Source: Promethearchaeota archaeon (lineage in GTDB: Archaea > Asgardarchaeota > Hermodarchaeia > Hermodarchaeales > Hermodarchaeaceae). From it: 64,000 nt of DNA. The position numbers and the translations under genes are program-made. The stretch's first letter is position 1. The number at the start of each line of letters is the position of its first letter. Shown piece by piece: positions 37,687-47,653 of this stretch. The stretch is taken from NCBI GenBank assembly GCA_048939625.1, contig JBHLPH010000006.1, forward strand, positions 1 through 64,000, read 5' to 3'. The notes under the pieces were generated by a model that worked only from the letters and a program-made list of their open reading frames with translations, searched no databases and had not been told where the DNA came from.

Positions 37687-37973
37687 TTTAGGTACCACGT
37701 TGCTTCTATACTCAGGCTTCCAACCAAATCCTTCCTCAAGGTCTGCCGCAAAGATGAGGTAGCCACAAGAGAGAACGATTAAGAGTTTTAGACCTGCTTC
37801 TTTCTCCAAACCAAACCCAATATAAAAAGGCTACGGGCATCCGCCAGAGAGCCATTATCGTATTTTTTGTAACCTCGGAATAGATAAATAGCCTCTTAAT
37901 ACATCGAAAACAAAAAATGTAACTAACTCAAACAAATTTTCTCCTTTTCGAGGATTACTGGATGGTGAAATGA

Positions 37974-38186
37974 ATGGCAAAAATAAATCCGTTAATAGAT
38001 AATTGTAAACCGCGTAGTGTTCATCTTGAGAAGGAAAAACAGACAGAACTGAATAGCAGTCTTGACGAAATGCTTGAACCTTCTGCAAGGCATCGTGTGT
38101 CAAGTTTTCAGGAAGCTCTAAGAATGATTAAGCAATTTACCTACATTATCAAAGACTGTAACTACCTAATCGAACCTGAAAATTGA
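37974..38186 (+). CDS. hypothetical small protein
   Basis: 70-aa ORF with upstream GGTGA; no recognisable motif. Confidence 0.3.
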   Translation: MAKINPLIDNCKPRSVHLEKEKQTELNSSLDEMLEPSARHRVSSFQEALRMIKQFTYIIKDCNYLIEPEN

Positions 38187-38215
38187 GTAGTATTCGTGGG
38201 TTCTTAGAGGAGCTG

Positions 38216-38926
38216 ATGAAGTTGGATTCTGAATTGGATATTTCGGTTCTCAATCTTCTTAGTTATGGAATGTATGTTGTTGCGGCAAGAAAGGATAAGC
38301 GGGTGAACGGGCAGATTGTGAATACTGTATTTCAAATAACTGCATCTCCGCTTCAGGTAGCGTTGAGCATCAATAAGGAAAATTTGACTCATGAGCTCAT
38401 TGAGAAGAGTAGGATGTTATCGGTGTCGATTTTAGGTGAGGCAACTCCGATGACGTTTATTGGCCGGTTTGGGTTTCACTCTGGTCGTGAACTGGATAAG
38501 TTTCAAAATGTCGAATTTCTGGAAGGCATCGAAGACTGCCCCATCGTTGTCGATAATGCAATTGCCTACCTTGAAGTTAAGGTGATCGATCAAGTGGATG
38601 TTGGAACTCACACGCTCTTCATTGGAGAGGTAAAAGGTGCAAAGAAGCTGAAAGAGGGAAAACCTTTGACATATGCCTACTATCACGAGGTGAAGGGAGG
38701 AAAAACTTCCAAACGTGCAGCCACTTATCTTCCACCAACCTCCAAGTCCGAGGTTTTCTCACCTAATGAAGGAAAATACCGATGTGAGGTATGTGGCTGG
38801 ATCTACGATCCCGAGAAGGGAGACCCCGAACATGGAATTGCACCAGGTACAGCTTTTGCTGATATTCCTGAGGATTGGGCCTGTCCAGTGTGTGGAGCAT
38901 CAAAAAGCCAGTTTAAACCTATTTAG
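38216..38926 (+). CDS. flavin reductase-rubredoxin fusion (high-molecular-weight rubredoxin)
   Basis: [44 protein letters not shown]. Confidence 0.92.
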   Translation: MKLDSELDISVLNLLSYGMYVVAARKDKRVNGQIVNTVFQITASPLQVALSINKENLTHELIEKSRMLSVSILGEATPMTFIGRFGFHSGRELDKFQNVEFLEGIEDCPIVVDNAIAYLEVKVIDQVDVGTHTLFIGEVKGAKKLKEGKPLTYAYYHEVKGGKTSKRAATYLPPTSKSEVFSPNEGKYRCEVCGWIYDPEKGDPEHGIAPGTAFADIPEDWACPVCGASKSQFKPI

Positions 38927-38994
38927 ACTGGGTGTTCTAAGAATAGCGTAATGAATAAGAGAAGAAAACAATTCTCATGCAGTGAGGTGTTTTA

Positions 38995-39450
38995 ATGGAT
39001 ATGCCTGAAGTTGGGCAAGTTGCCCCGAATTTTGTTGGAATTACTGATGATGAAAAGGAACTAGAACTTGCTAGTTTGAAAGGGAATATATTGATTTTAT
39101 TCTTTTATCCCCGCGCGTATACGCCTGGTTGTACAAAGGAGGCTTGTTCGTTTCGGGATAATATGATACGGTTGACTGGAATAGGTGCAAAAGTGGTTGG
39201 AGTAAGCACTGACAATGTGAAGAGGCAGGCGGGATTCAAGGCTAAACATGCACTATCGTATCCTCTGATTGCCGATGCAGACAAGAAGATAGTTGACCTC
39301 TATGGCGTGAAAACCAGGGGAACCGGCACGGCAAAGCGTGTGACCTTTCTTATTGATCGAGATGGCATCATCCGGTTTGTCTGGCCCAAGGTAAGTGTCA
39401 CTGGGCATGTTGATGAAATCCTCGCAAAAATTGAAGAGCTGAACCTATAA
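38995..39450 (+). CDS. bcp: peroxiredoxin, BCP/PrxQ type
   Basis: FYPRAYTPGCTKEACSFRD. Confidence 0.93.
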   Translation: MDMPEVGQVAPNFVGITDDEKELELASLKGNILILFFYPRAYTPGCTKEACSFRDNMIRLTGIGAKVVGVSTDNVKRQAGFKAKHALSYPLIADADKKIVDLYGVKTRGTGTAKRVTFLIDRDGIIRFVWPKVSVTGHVDEILAKIEELNL

Positions 39451-39507
39451 TTGTAACTTACCGAACGAGTTACAGAGTCAATTATCAGAAGCAGGGTTAG
39501 TTAGGGT

Positions 39508-39756
39508 TTATTGGGCTTCAGCTTTTGGAGTGACTCTGAGTGCTCCCGTGGGACAAGCTTCGATGCACGCGTTACACCCGTTGCAAAACATTTGCATTGC
39601 CGGTGAAATTACGTATTGCGTAGGGGCAACACCTTCTTGCCGGCTTGGAGCATATAAGGCAAATACTGCTTGAGGGCAGACTTTAAGGCACCGAGCACAG
39701 TCAAAGGCATTTTGACACTTATCGTTACTCCATTCAACTTTGTAATAATTTTGCAT
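39508..39756 (-). CDS. 2[4Fe-4S] ferredoxin
   Basis: C..C..CLKVCP and CNGCNACIEACP. Confidence 0.85.
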   Translation of the reverse strand: MQNYYKVEWSNDKCQNAFDCARCLKVCPQAVFALYAPSRQEGVAPTQYVISPAMQMFCNGCNACIEACPTGALRVTPKAEAQ

Positions 39757-39758
39757 CG

Positions 39759-40622
39759 TTACCACCAATCTTTTAGGGCAGGGAGGGATTCCCGCGGGAT
39801 TAATTCAATTGCGTTCTCTGGACACGTTTCTTTACAAAGCCCACAGCCATAACACTTCCACATGTCGATGTTAGCACGTTCCGTGGCATTTGAGAAAGTC
39901 ACAGCCCCAAATTGGCAGCGAGAAAGACATTCCCGACAGCCTACGCATTTATCTACGTCAACTTTTGCAACCCAATGACTTTTGATGATATACTTGAAGC
40001 CCATATCAACACGGGGTCGGAGTGCGATACAATAGGGAAGTTCGCAGTTACAAACCGCCATAGCCATGGGTAAAGGCGTTCCAGCAAGGGTATGGACACG
40101 TCCCTCTTGGTTAAACCGTCTAGTTAACGCGATAGCTTCCTCGACACTGATGCGTTCTACTTTTTCGTCATTCGAGGGAAACATCTCCGCGGTTTCGCCA
40201 TGTAGTCCGAGGGGAATACAGCACCGATCATTAGCGCCATTTATCATTTTCCTACAGAGGCACTCAACAAGATAAGGTTCCCCAGAAAGTTTGATAACTC
40301 CTTCGATTTCTTCGCGTGTTAGGACTTGGGCACCATGCCCTTGAGGGAAAGTGAATGTGACGCCTTTTTCAAGAGGATGGATTTGAAAAATCATATCATC
40401 CATCATTTTTCGAATGGAGTCAGCCATTGCTGGATTGGCCATGGCGTCGCCTGCTTGTGCAGCGAGTTGGGCATATTGTTGGTGAACATAATGCCAGTGG
40501 TCTTTCTCCCATGGTTCAAAGCCCATTTCCTTGGCATACTTTACTTCAACATGACGTTTAACTTCAAACCATTTTTTGCCAGCACCATGGGCTGTACAAA
40601 TCTTACACATAATTGCCACCAA
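39759..40622 (-). CDS. 4Fe-4S dicluster domain protein
   Basis: CLCR, CNC..YC and two C-terminal CxxCxxCxxxC motifs. Confidence 0.85.
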   Translation of the reverse strand: MVAIMCKICTAHGAGKKWFEVKRHVEVKYAKEMGFEPWEKDHWHYVHQQYAQLAAQAGDAMANPAMADSIRKMMDDMIFQIHPLEKGVTFTFPQGHGAQVLTREEIEGVIKLSGEPYLVECLCRKMINGANDRCCIPLGLHGETAEMFPSNDEKVERISVEEAIALTRRFNQEGRVHTLAGTPLPMAMAVCNCELPYCIALRPRVDMGFKYIIKSHWVAKVDVDKCVGCRECLSRCQFGAVTFSNATERANIDMWKCYGCGLCKETCPENAIELIPRESLPALKDWW

Positions 40623-40761
40623 GAATTTAGAATCGAGTTTCCCTGAGCATTATTGGTTTTTCTTTGTTCCGAACATTAGAAGAACTAAGGCAAACTCAAA
40701 ATGTCAGGAAAAGCAGCTTCATCTCAGCGATATTTTAGCAAGCATTAGCCTTCAGAAAAGA

Positions 40762-41199
40762 TTAGCTTACAGTTTGGATTTTTCTCTGATTTTGTAAATG
40801 GTCTTCAGCAAGATGATTGAATGTTTCAGGAACTGCTTCTAAAAAGCCCAGTTTATCACTAGAAGAATGGAAAAAGTCCGTTATTTGTTGTTCCATGGTT
40901 AATGCTAGTTGGATTAATTGTGCGTCGGGGCAACCAGGAGGACATTCTGTATGTGGGCGATAGCGCTCACTGCTGATTCCTGTGACTTGAGCTTTCTTTT
41001 GCTCTAAAGGTAATTGTCGACGGATTTGCATGAGGGTTTGTATGCGACTTTGTCCTAGCATGATTAATGCTTCAAAGAGGCTTTTCAAATTTTGATTTTG
41101 TGTGATCGTAATTGCGGTTTCATAGAATGCAGCTGCAGAAGCTTCTAATTCAATGGCGAAACTCAGAAGAATATCGATAGTGTCAAGTGACATAGTCAT
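40762..41199 (-). CDS. ferritin/rubrerythrin-like four-helix protein
   Basis: FAIELE..A.FYE and ALTMEQ..FF..F..LAEDH repeats. Confidence 0.7.
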   Translation of the reverse strand: MTMSLDTIDILLSFAIELEASAAAFYETAITITQNQNLKSLFEALIMLGQSRIQTLMQIRRQLPLEQKKAQVTGISSERYRPHTECPPGCPDAQLIQLALTMEQQITDFFHSSSDKLGFLEAVPETFNHLAEDHLQNQRKIQTVS

Positions 41200-41218
41200 C
41201 CCTCTAATAACAAGATGT

Positions 41219-42433
41219 TTAATTTTTTTTCACAAATTCGATTGCACCCATCTCACAGACAACGGCACAAAGCCCGCAACCATCGCATTTCTCAGGATCG
41301 ACAACAAGACGATTTCCACTCATACGGATCGCTTGATAGCCTGCATCGGCACAAGAAATCCGACACTCTTTTCCTAGTATACATTTTTCAGGATTTATTT
41401 TCGCTATGACAGGGGGGAGTTTTGGTAAATCGGTCCAAGTAGTTATTTTGGGAAGCGCCTTCCCGACGATTGTGTTAATCGAAGCATATCTTTTCTTCTT
41501 CATGAAAGCTGTCAGATTCTTTGTGAGATTTCGGATTATTGAAAAACCATACCACATAACTGCCGTGCAGATTTGGAGTGTACTCGCACCGACCATTAAG
41601 TATTCTACGGCATTTTGCCAATTTTCAATTCCACCTATCCCCGATATCGGTGTTTTGGGTAAAGCTTTAGCAATTTGTGAGACAAATCGCAAGCCTAACG
41701 GTCGGATAGCAGGACCACAAAATCCTCCGTAGGTGCTCATTGGAGCAGAGAGCTCTGAATCATATGCAAAGGGGTATGGAGTTGCGGTTTCAATATCAAT
41801 CCCGATGAGTGATTCGACAGTATTGATTGCTGACACCCCATCGGCACCTCCTTTTACTGCAGCTTTCGCAATTGGAACAATATCAGTAACATTGGGAGTT
41901 AATTTGACCAATAGAGGTAAATCGGTTCCCTTTCTTGCAGCCTTTGTAACCGTCTCCACAAGATGAGGGTTCTGTCCGATAAAGGCACCCATATGTTTCT
42001 CTGGTGATCCGTGTGGACACGAAACATTGAGTTCCAATGCGTTAACACCCGTATCTGACAAAATTTCAGCCATGGTAGTCCAGCCTTCGGGTTCGGGACT
42101 GGACATTATACTAGCGATAATGACGAAATCTTTGGGAGCTTTCGCTTTGATTTCTGGAATCCAGGAACGAGTCCATTGGGTGAGTGGATGCCTTGAGAGA
42201 AGTTCGATATTATTCATTCCAATGGGCTTTCCCTGTTTCCGTAATACTCCCAACCGCGTGCGTGGATCAACTGTAGGTTCTTCAGTTACAGTTTTTAATA
42301 CGGCCCCACCCCAACCGAGTTTGGCGGCCCGAATAACTCGTTTTGCGTCGAGGGTGGGAGGAGCTGATGAGAGCAGGAAGGGATTTTTGAATTGAATTCC
42401 CGCGAATTCAATTGCTAACTTGGGCTCTGACAT
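41219..42433 (-). CDS. preA: dihydropyrimidine dehydrogenase catalytic subunit PreA
   Basis: NPFLLSSAPPT, NNIEL, ELNVSCPHG, KLTPNVTDI, AINT, GIGGI; C-terminal ferredoxin domain. Confidence 0.92.
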   Translation of the reverse strand: MSEPKLAIEFAGIQFKNPFLLSSAPPTLDAKRVIRAAKLGWGGAVLKTVTEEPTVDPRTRLGVLRKQGKPIGMNNIELLSRHPLTQWTRSWIPEIKAKAPKDFVIIASIMSSPEPEGWTTMAEILSDTGVNALELNVSCPHGSPEKHMGAFIGQNPHLVETVTKAARKGTDLPLLVKLTPNVTDIVPIAKAAVKGGADGVSAINTVESLIGIDIETATPYPFAYDSELSAPMSTYGGFCGPAIRPLGLRFVSQIAKALPKTPISGIGGIENWQNAVEYLMVGASTLQICTAVMWYGFSIIRNLTKNLTAFMKKKRYASINTIVGKALPKITTWTDLPKLPPVIAKINPEKCILGKECRISCADAGYQAIRMSGNRLVVDPEKCDGCGLCAVVCEMGAIEFVKKN

Positions 42434-42535
42434 AGGTTTAATTTCCTCCTACTAGTTCTACATAGAATGTTCCATTAGATAAAGTCTTTAATTCTCGGTG
42501 AATAGTCATATGTCCGTCTGATGGAGTTGTGAGTT

Positions 42536-43873
42536 ATGGATGAAAATTTAGTTCCTGAAGATTTACGACAAGCATATTCCGCGAAAACAATTCTAGAATT
42601 AGAGAAGAAACATGTCGTTCCCGCTATCTCTCACTACTATAAAGAACCGTTACTTCTGGTTCGTGGAAAAGGGGCCAACCTTGAGGATTCGCAGGGAAAG
42701 CAGTACATCGATCTCTTTGCCGGGATTTGCACGACAATAACGGGATATGCACATCCAAAGTATATTACAACATTGAAATGGCAGCTAGACCGATTGGTCT
42801 ATACGAGTTCATTGTATGCAACAATTCCTTATGCTGTCTTAGCAAAACGTCTGGCAGATATAGCACCAAAGGGCTTAACTCAGTCGTTTATTGTCAATAG
42901 CGGCTCCGAAGCCAATGAAGCAGCACTTTTCATGGCAAAAAAATTCAAAAATAACCCCTATATTGTGGCTTGCACTCATGCCTATCATGGGCGAACAGCA
43001 CTTACACGGGAAATATCAAGCGCTGGATGGCGTACTGTACCCGAAGCACATCCACCAGGTGTTCGATTCCAACCTTACGGGTATTGTTTTCGATGTCCTT
43101 TTGGGAAAGAGTATCCTGAATGTGATATTCAATGCGCACGATATCTCCGAGAGCTCATCCGCACCCAAACCAACAAAGCAGTAGCGGCCTTTATTGTCGA
43201 ACCGATTCAAGGAGTTGGTGGCATCATACAACCTCCACCCGAATTCTTTCAAATTACTTATGAAATCGTCAAGGAATTTGGTGGATTATTTATCTCTGAT
43301 GAAGTGCAAACTGGATTTGGCCGGACAGGCAATAAATGGTGGGGCATCCAGCATACGGGAGCTAATCCGGATATCATTACGCTAGCTAAAGGTTTTGGAA
43401 GCGGAATTCCGATTGGTGGATTCTTAACCCGACCTGAATATGCCGCTGAATATACTACAACCGACAGCTTTGCCACTTTTGGTGGAAATCCTTTATCTTG
43501 TGCGGGAGCTATCGCTGTTGTTGACATAATCAAGGAGAGTAATTACCTTGAACGGGCAGCCACAAATGGAGCGTATCTGAGAAAACAGCTAGACGCACTT
43601 AAACACGATCACAGAATTGTGGGTGAAGTTCGTGGGCAGGGAATGATGCAAGGGATTGAACTAATACGAAATCAAAAAACCAAGGAACCAGCCCCACAAG
43701 AGCTACTCAGCGTAATGGAACATTGTAAAACAGATGGTCTTCTCATTGGCAAAGGAGGCATCGATGGAAACGTAATTCGAATCCAACCCCCGCTAGAGCT
43801 TACAAAAGAACAAATCGATTTAGCTTATCAGATTTTGGATAAAGCGTTCAGCACGGTCGAGAAAACACTTTAG
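42536..43873 (+). CDS. class III aminotransferase (probable beta-alanine/AGXT2-like)
   Basis: NSGSEANE, EPIQGVGG, DEVQTGFGRTG, TLAKG, TFGGNP; pathway context. Confidence 0.88.
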   Translation: MDENLVPEDLRQAYSAKTILELEKKHVVPAISHYYKEPLLLVRGKGANLEDSQGKQYIDLFAGICTTITGYAHPKYITTLKWQLDRLVYTSSLYATIPYAVLAKRLADIAPKGLTQSFIVNSGSEANEAALFMAKKFKNNPYIVACTHAYHGRTALTREISSAGWRTVPEAHPPGVRFQPYGYCFRCPFGKEYPECDIQCARYLRELIRTQTNKAVAAFIVEPIQGVGGIIQPPPEFFQITYEIVKEFGGLFISDEVQTGFGRTGNKWWGIQHTGANPDIITLAKGFGSGIPIGGFLTRPEYAAEYTTTDSFATFGGNPLSCAGAIAVVDIIKESNYLERAATNGAYLRKQLDALKHDHRIVGEVRGQGMMQGIELIRNQKTKEPAPQELLSVMEHCKTDGLLIGKGGIDGNVIRIQPPLELTKEQIDLAYQILDKAFSTVEKTL

Positions 43874-44736
43874 ATATCACATAGATTCTTGTATAGATCA
43901 GGGCGGCGATCCCGGAAGAATTGCCAAGTGGAGCGAACTTCCTTAATCATATCCAAATTAATATCCACAATGAGGAGCTCGTCTTTATCAGGCGAGGCTT
44001 GTTTGACAATCTCACCACGTGGATTTGCTACATATGAGCTTCCATAGAAGGTGCCCATTTTCCAGGGACTCTCTCCAACTCGATTTATGGCAGCAATGAA
44101 ATAGCCATTGGCTACGGCGTGTGCTGGTTGTTCAAGTGCCCATAGATGATCTGAAAGTCCTTGGACCGTTGCGGAGGGATTGAATACAATTTCTGCCCCA
44201 TTCAGTCCTAAGGCACGTGCGCCTTCGGGAAAATGTCTATCATAGCAGATATAGATCCCAATTTTCCCATACTGAGTTTCAAATACTGGGTATCCTATAT
44301 TTCCCGGTTTAAAATAGAACTTTTCCCAAAACCCAGGACCCAGATGGGGAATGTGGGTTTTTCGATATTTACCAAGTAATTGTCCTTGATTGTCGAGAAT
44401 AATCGCCGTGTTATAATAAACGCCTGGCATATCTTCTTCGTACATAGGAGCAATTAGTATGAGGTTGTTACTTTTCGCTAATCGGCTCATTCGGTCACTT
44501 AGTGGACCGGGAATCGGTTCGGCGAATTTGTACCAAAGTGGTTTTTGTTCTGCACAGAAATATGGTCCAAAGAATAGCTCCTGGAAACAAAGAACCTGCA
44601 CACCTTTTTTTGCTGCGGTTTCAGCAAAGGTTTCGTGTTTCTGAATCATTTTTTCCATGTTTTTACGAATGGTTTTTTCATCTGAAATGGCGCCTTCCCA
44701 ATGAGCTTGAACCAAGCCAATACGAACGTTTCGCAT
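43870..44736 (-). CDS. beta-ureidopropionase (nitrilase family)
   Basis: CFQELF, YRKTHIP, FWEKFYF.PG, ICYDRHFPEG. Confidence 0.92.
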   Translation of the reverse strand: MRNVRIGLVQAHWEGAISDEKTIRKNMEKMIQKHETFAETAAKKGVQVLCFQELFFGPYFCAEQKPLWYKFAEPIPGPLSDRMSRLAKSNNLILIAPMYEEDMPGVYYNTAIILDNQGQLLGKYRKTHIPHLGPGFWEKFYFKPGNIGYPVFETQYGKIGIYICYDRHFPEGARALGLNGAEIVFNPSATVQGLSDHLWALEQPAHAVANGYFIAAINRVGESPWKMGTFYGSSYVANPRGEIVKQASPDKDELLIVDINLDMIKEVRSTWQFFRDRRPDLYKNLCDI

Positions 44737-44849
44737 TTTTTGCACCTTTAAAGAAAGAGTAAGCTAGTCTTTGGTTCTTTCCAGATTTAGAGATTTCCCA
44801 AAACCATAAAGGGTAACAATGCGATGAAAAAAGCGGAGTTGTGCGATTT

Positions 44850-46244
44850 ATGCAGTTGGATATGGTTGTTCAGAACGGTACAATTGTAACAGCCACTGAA
44901 ATGCTTCAGGCGGATGTTGGAATAAAAGATGGCAAAATTGTGGCTGTGAATAATGAGCTGAAAACCAACGCAGATACCCACATTGTAGACGCTAAAGGTA
45001 AGTACGTTTTCCCAGGAGCCATTGACGTACACGTACATTTACAGTTGCCTTTTGGCGGGACTATTTCAGCAGATGATTTTGAGAATGGAACCAAAGCGGC
45101 CGCAATGGGTGGTGTTACAACGGTCATTGATTTTGCAATTCAACAGAAAGGACATTCCATCATGGAAGCGGTGAAGGCTCGTAGGAAAGAAGCAGACGGG
45201 AGAGTGTGTATCGATTATGGGTTACATGCTGCAATTACTGATTGGAACCCACAGACCCAAGCAGAAATCAAAGAAATTATCGAATACGGAATTCCTACCT
45301 TCAAGATGTTCATGATCTACAAAGAGGAAGGTTGGATGGCTGATGATGGTATGCTCTTTCAAGCCCTTGAAGAGACGAAGAAGTATGGGGGGATGATTGG
45401 AGTTCATGCAGAAAGTGTTGACGTTCTCGATATGCTCATTGAACGATATGCTCAAGAGAAGGACAAATGGGGAGCATACGCACATACACTGTCCCGGCCA
45501 TATTTTACGGAATCAGAGGCAGTGCAGCGCGCCATCAAATGGGCCGAAGTGACTGGTGGACGCTTGTATATTGTGCACATGTCTGCAGGAGAAAGTGCCC
45601 AGTATGTGCGTGAGGCTCGAGAAAGGGGGGTCCATGTATACGCTGAAACTTGTCCACAATACCTTCTTCTTGATGATTCTGTCTTCAAAGGAGAAAATGG
45701 CCACCTATATGCGACCTGTCCACAAATTAAGAAAAAAGAGGATGGCACTCGACTCTGGCAGGGCCTAATTAATGGTGAAATTCAAGTGGTCGCTACGGAT
45801 ACCTGTACTTTCGATACGAAACAAAAAGCCATGTGGGAAGGAGATTTCCGTAAGATTCCCTTTGGACTTCCTGGTGTAGAGACGATGTTTCCACTCCTGT
45901 ATACTGAAGGAGTCGGTAAAGAGCACTTTTCTTTAAACCACCTAGTAAAACTGGTGAGCACTAACCCGGCGAAAATCTTTGGAATGTTTCCAGAGAAAGG
46001 AACAATTAATCCAGGGAGTGATGCCGACCTTGTTGTGTTTGATCCGAACAAGAAAGTGACCCTGCATGCAACAGATCTACAAACAAATTGCGATTGGAGC
46101 CCCTTCGAAGGTTGGAAATTGACAGGCTATCCGCAAACTACAATCTCTCGTGGAAAAATCGTTGTTTCTAATGGGAAATTTGTCGGTGACTGTGATCATG
46201 GACGGTTCCTGCACCGTCAAGCGGTTAAAAAACTGGACATCTAG
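44850..46244 (+). CDS. hydA: dihydropyrimidinase
   Basis: PGAIDVHVH, GGVTTVIDF, FKMFM, VHAE, ETCPQYL, GSDADLVVFDP. Confidence 0.95.
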   Translation: MQLDMVVQNGTIVTATEMLQADVGIKDGKIVAVNNELKTNADTHIVDAKGKYVFPGAIDVHVHLQLPFGGTISADDFENGTKAAAMGGVTTVIDFAIQQKGHSIMEAVKARRKEADGRVCIDYGLHAAITDWNPQTQAEIKEIIEYGIPTFKMFMIYKEEGWMADDGMLFQALEETKKYGGMIGVHAESVDVLDMLIERYAQEKDKWGAYAHTLSRPYFTESEAVQRAIKWAEVTGGRLYIVHMSAGESAQYVREARERGVHVYAETCPQYLLLDDSVFKGENGHLYATCPQIKKKEDGTRLWQGLINGEIQVVATDTCTFDTKQKAMWEGDFRKIPFGLPGVETMFPLLYTEGVGKEHFSLNHLVKLVSTNPAKIFGMFPEKGTINPGSDADLVVFDPNKKVTLHATDLQTNCDWSPFEGWKLTGYPQTTISRGKIVVSNGKFVGDCDHGRFLHRQAVKKLDI

Positions 46245-46245
46245 G

Positions 46246-46716
46246 TTAGTTTCTTAACCCAGATTTTTTTTGAGGTTCGGATTGCAGTATGACTTCTTCT
46301 TGTCCTGTGTTTCTTTCAATTGATCCTTTTCGCAGGAACCGGATTTGTGATATCGCAGATGTAGGTGGCACTCCCTGCCGAAGTACTAGATAAAGCGCGA
46401 GGATCATGCCGGTTCGACCCAAGCCTCCTTGGCAATGGACAAGTGTTGGCATATCGTTGGCTTGAAATTCGTCAATGATTCGTAGAGCGGCGGTTCGTTC
46501 TTCCAACGAGCCTGCTGTATAATCAGGAATGGGATTTGTTTTCACTTGGAAGCCTAATTGTTGAGCCTTATGTAGGTCTTGTGAGCTTAAAGGCTGGAGG
46601 GAAAGAATCGCCCGAATTCCCTTTGAGTGATATAGCCACTCGAGACAAGGTCCAGGATAGCAGGACCCAGCAAGTTTCCCATTCATTAGCCAATAAAATC
46701 CACAAGTATCTACCAT
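46246..46716 (-). CDS. dual-specificity / protein-tyrosine phosphatase
   Basis: PIPDY and VHCQGGLGRTG (CX5R). Confidence 0.9.
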   Translation of the reverse strand: MVDTCGFYWLMNGKLAGSCYPGPCLEWLYHSKGIRAILSLQPLSSQDLHKAQQLGFQVKTNPIPDYTAGSLEERTAALRIIDEFQANDMPTLVHCQGGLGRTGMILALYLVLRQGVPPTSAISQIRFLRKGSIERNTGQEEVILQSEPQKKSGLRN

Positions 46717-46815
46717 GTCAGTCACTTTAGTACATGTTAGGTTCCAGTAAATAGATTTATACATATATCCGAGATTCTTGTCGTTCTGGGTGAAGATTCT
46801 GAGATGTGGTAGACG

Positions 46816-47637
46816 ATGGTGAAAGTGGTATTAATGGAAATTGGAGAAGATGCAACGACATCTTTTCGAGAAGCCCTTCAACTTTTAGGAGGTATCCCCG
46901 ATTTCAACACGTCCCAACGTGAGGTGTTGTACAAACTGGGAGTATTTGACCCGAGACAAGAAGCGTATACAACGATACCCATTGCTCGTGCCGTCGTAGA
47001 GAATTTTTCCCAGGCACCAAAGATTTGGTTAATTGAATCCGATAACTATCGGGGTACGGGCACAGAGCGCCTTCAAATATGGAAGTCTCTCTTTTCAGAA
47101 CGAGTTGTGCCCTTCAATCTCTCTGAAGATACTGAAATGAAGCATGTTGATATCGCAGGAGAGGAGATGCCCCTTTCACATCTACTCTTTGAAGATCGTG
47201 TCCTCATTAGCTCACACATCTTAAGGCGCTATTCTAAAGGGTCTGTGATAAAGAACCTTTTTGGATTAGCTCCAATGCGCAAGAAAGCTGTGTACCATAA
47301 AAAGCTAGAATCAGTAGTTCTTGGTTTATTCAAGGCGGTTGGGGGAATCGATTTGGCGGTCATCGATGGAACAACGGTATTGCCAAGCCCTGCAGCTAAA
47401 AAAGAGAAGCGGATTCCAGTGAATATGTTTCTTGTTGGTCGGGATGCGGTTGCTGTTGATGCTGTTGGTTTCGCACTCTTGAATAAAGATCCGATGAAAA
47501 GTAAAATGTTGAAAATGGCTAACGAGCAAGGGTTAGGTGAAGCCCATCTCGAAAAGATAGATATCGTTGGGAAAGATTTGGAAGAAGTTCGCGATCAAAT
47601 TCAAGAAAAGATGAAAACAAGACTCAAGACAAAGTAA
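46816..47637 (+). CDS. DUF362 family protein
   Basis: KNLFG, LAVIDG, DAVAVDAV and GLG motifs. Confidence 0.75.
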   Translation: MVKVVLMEIGEDATTSFREALQLLGGIPDFNTSQREVLYKLGVFDPRQEAYTTIPIARAVVENFSQAPKIWLIESDNYRGTGTERLQIWKSLFSERVVPFNLSEDTEMKHVDIAGEEMPLSHLLFEDRVLISSHILRRYSKGSVIKNLFGLAPMRKKAVYHKKLESVVLGLFKAVGGIDLAVIDGTTVLPSPAAKKEKRIPVNMFLVGRDAVAVDAVGFALLNKDPMKSKMLKMANEQGLGEAHLEKIDIVGKDLEEVRDQIQEKMKTRLKTK

Positions 47638-47653
47638 AAGTAATGATAATAGA

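Noticed and set aside
37687-37809. Signal-peptide-like N-terminal extension on SSB paralogue 1
   Set aside because: Paralogue 2 lacks it, similarity starts at VVPKMSY, and the region is better read as a 5' leader
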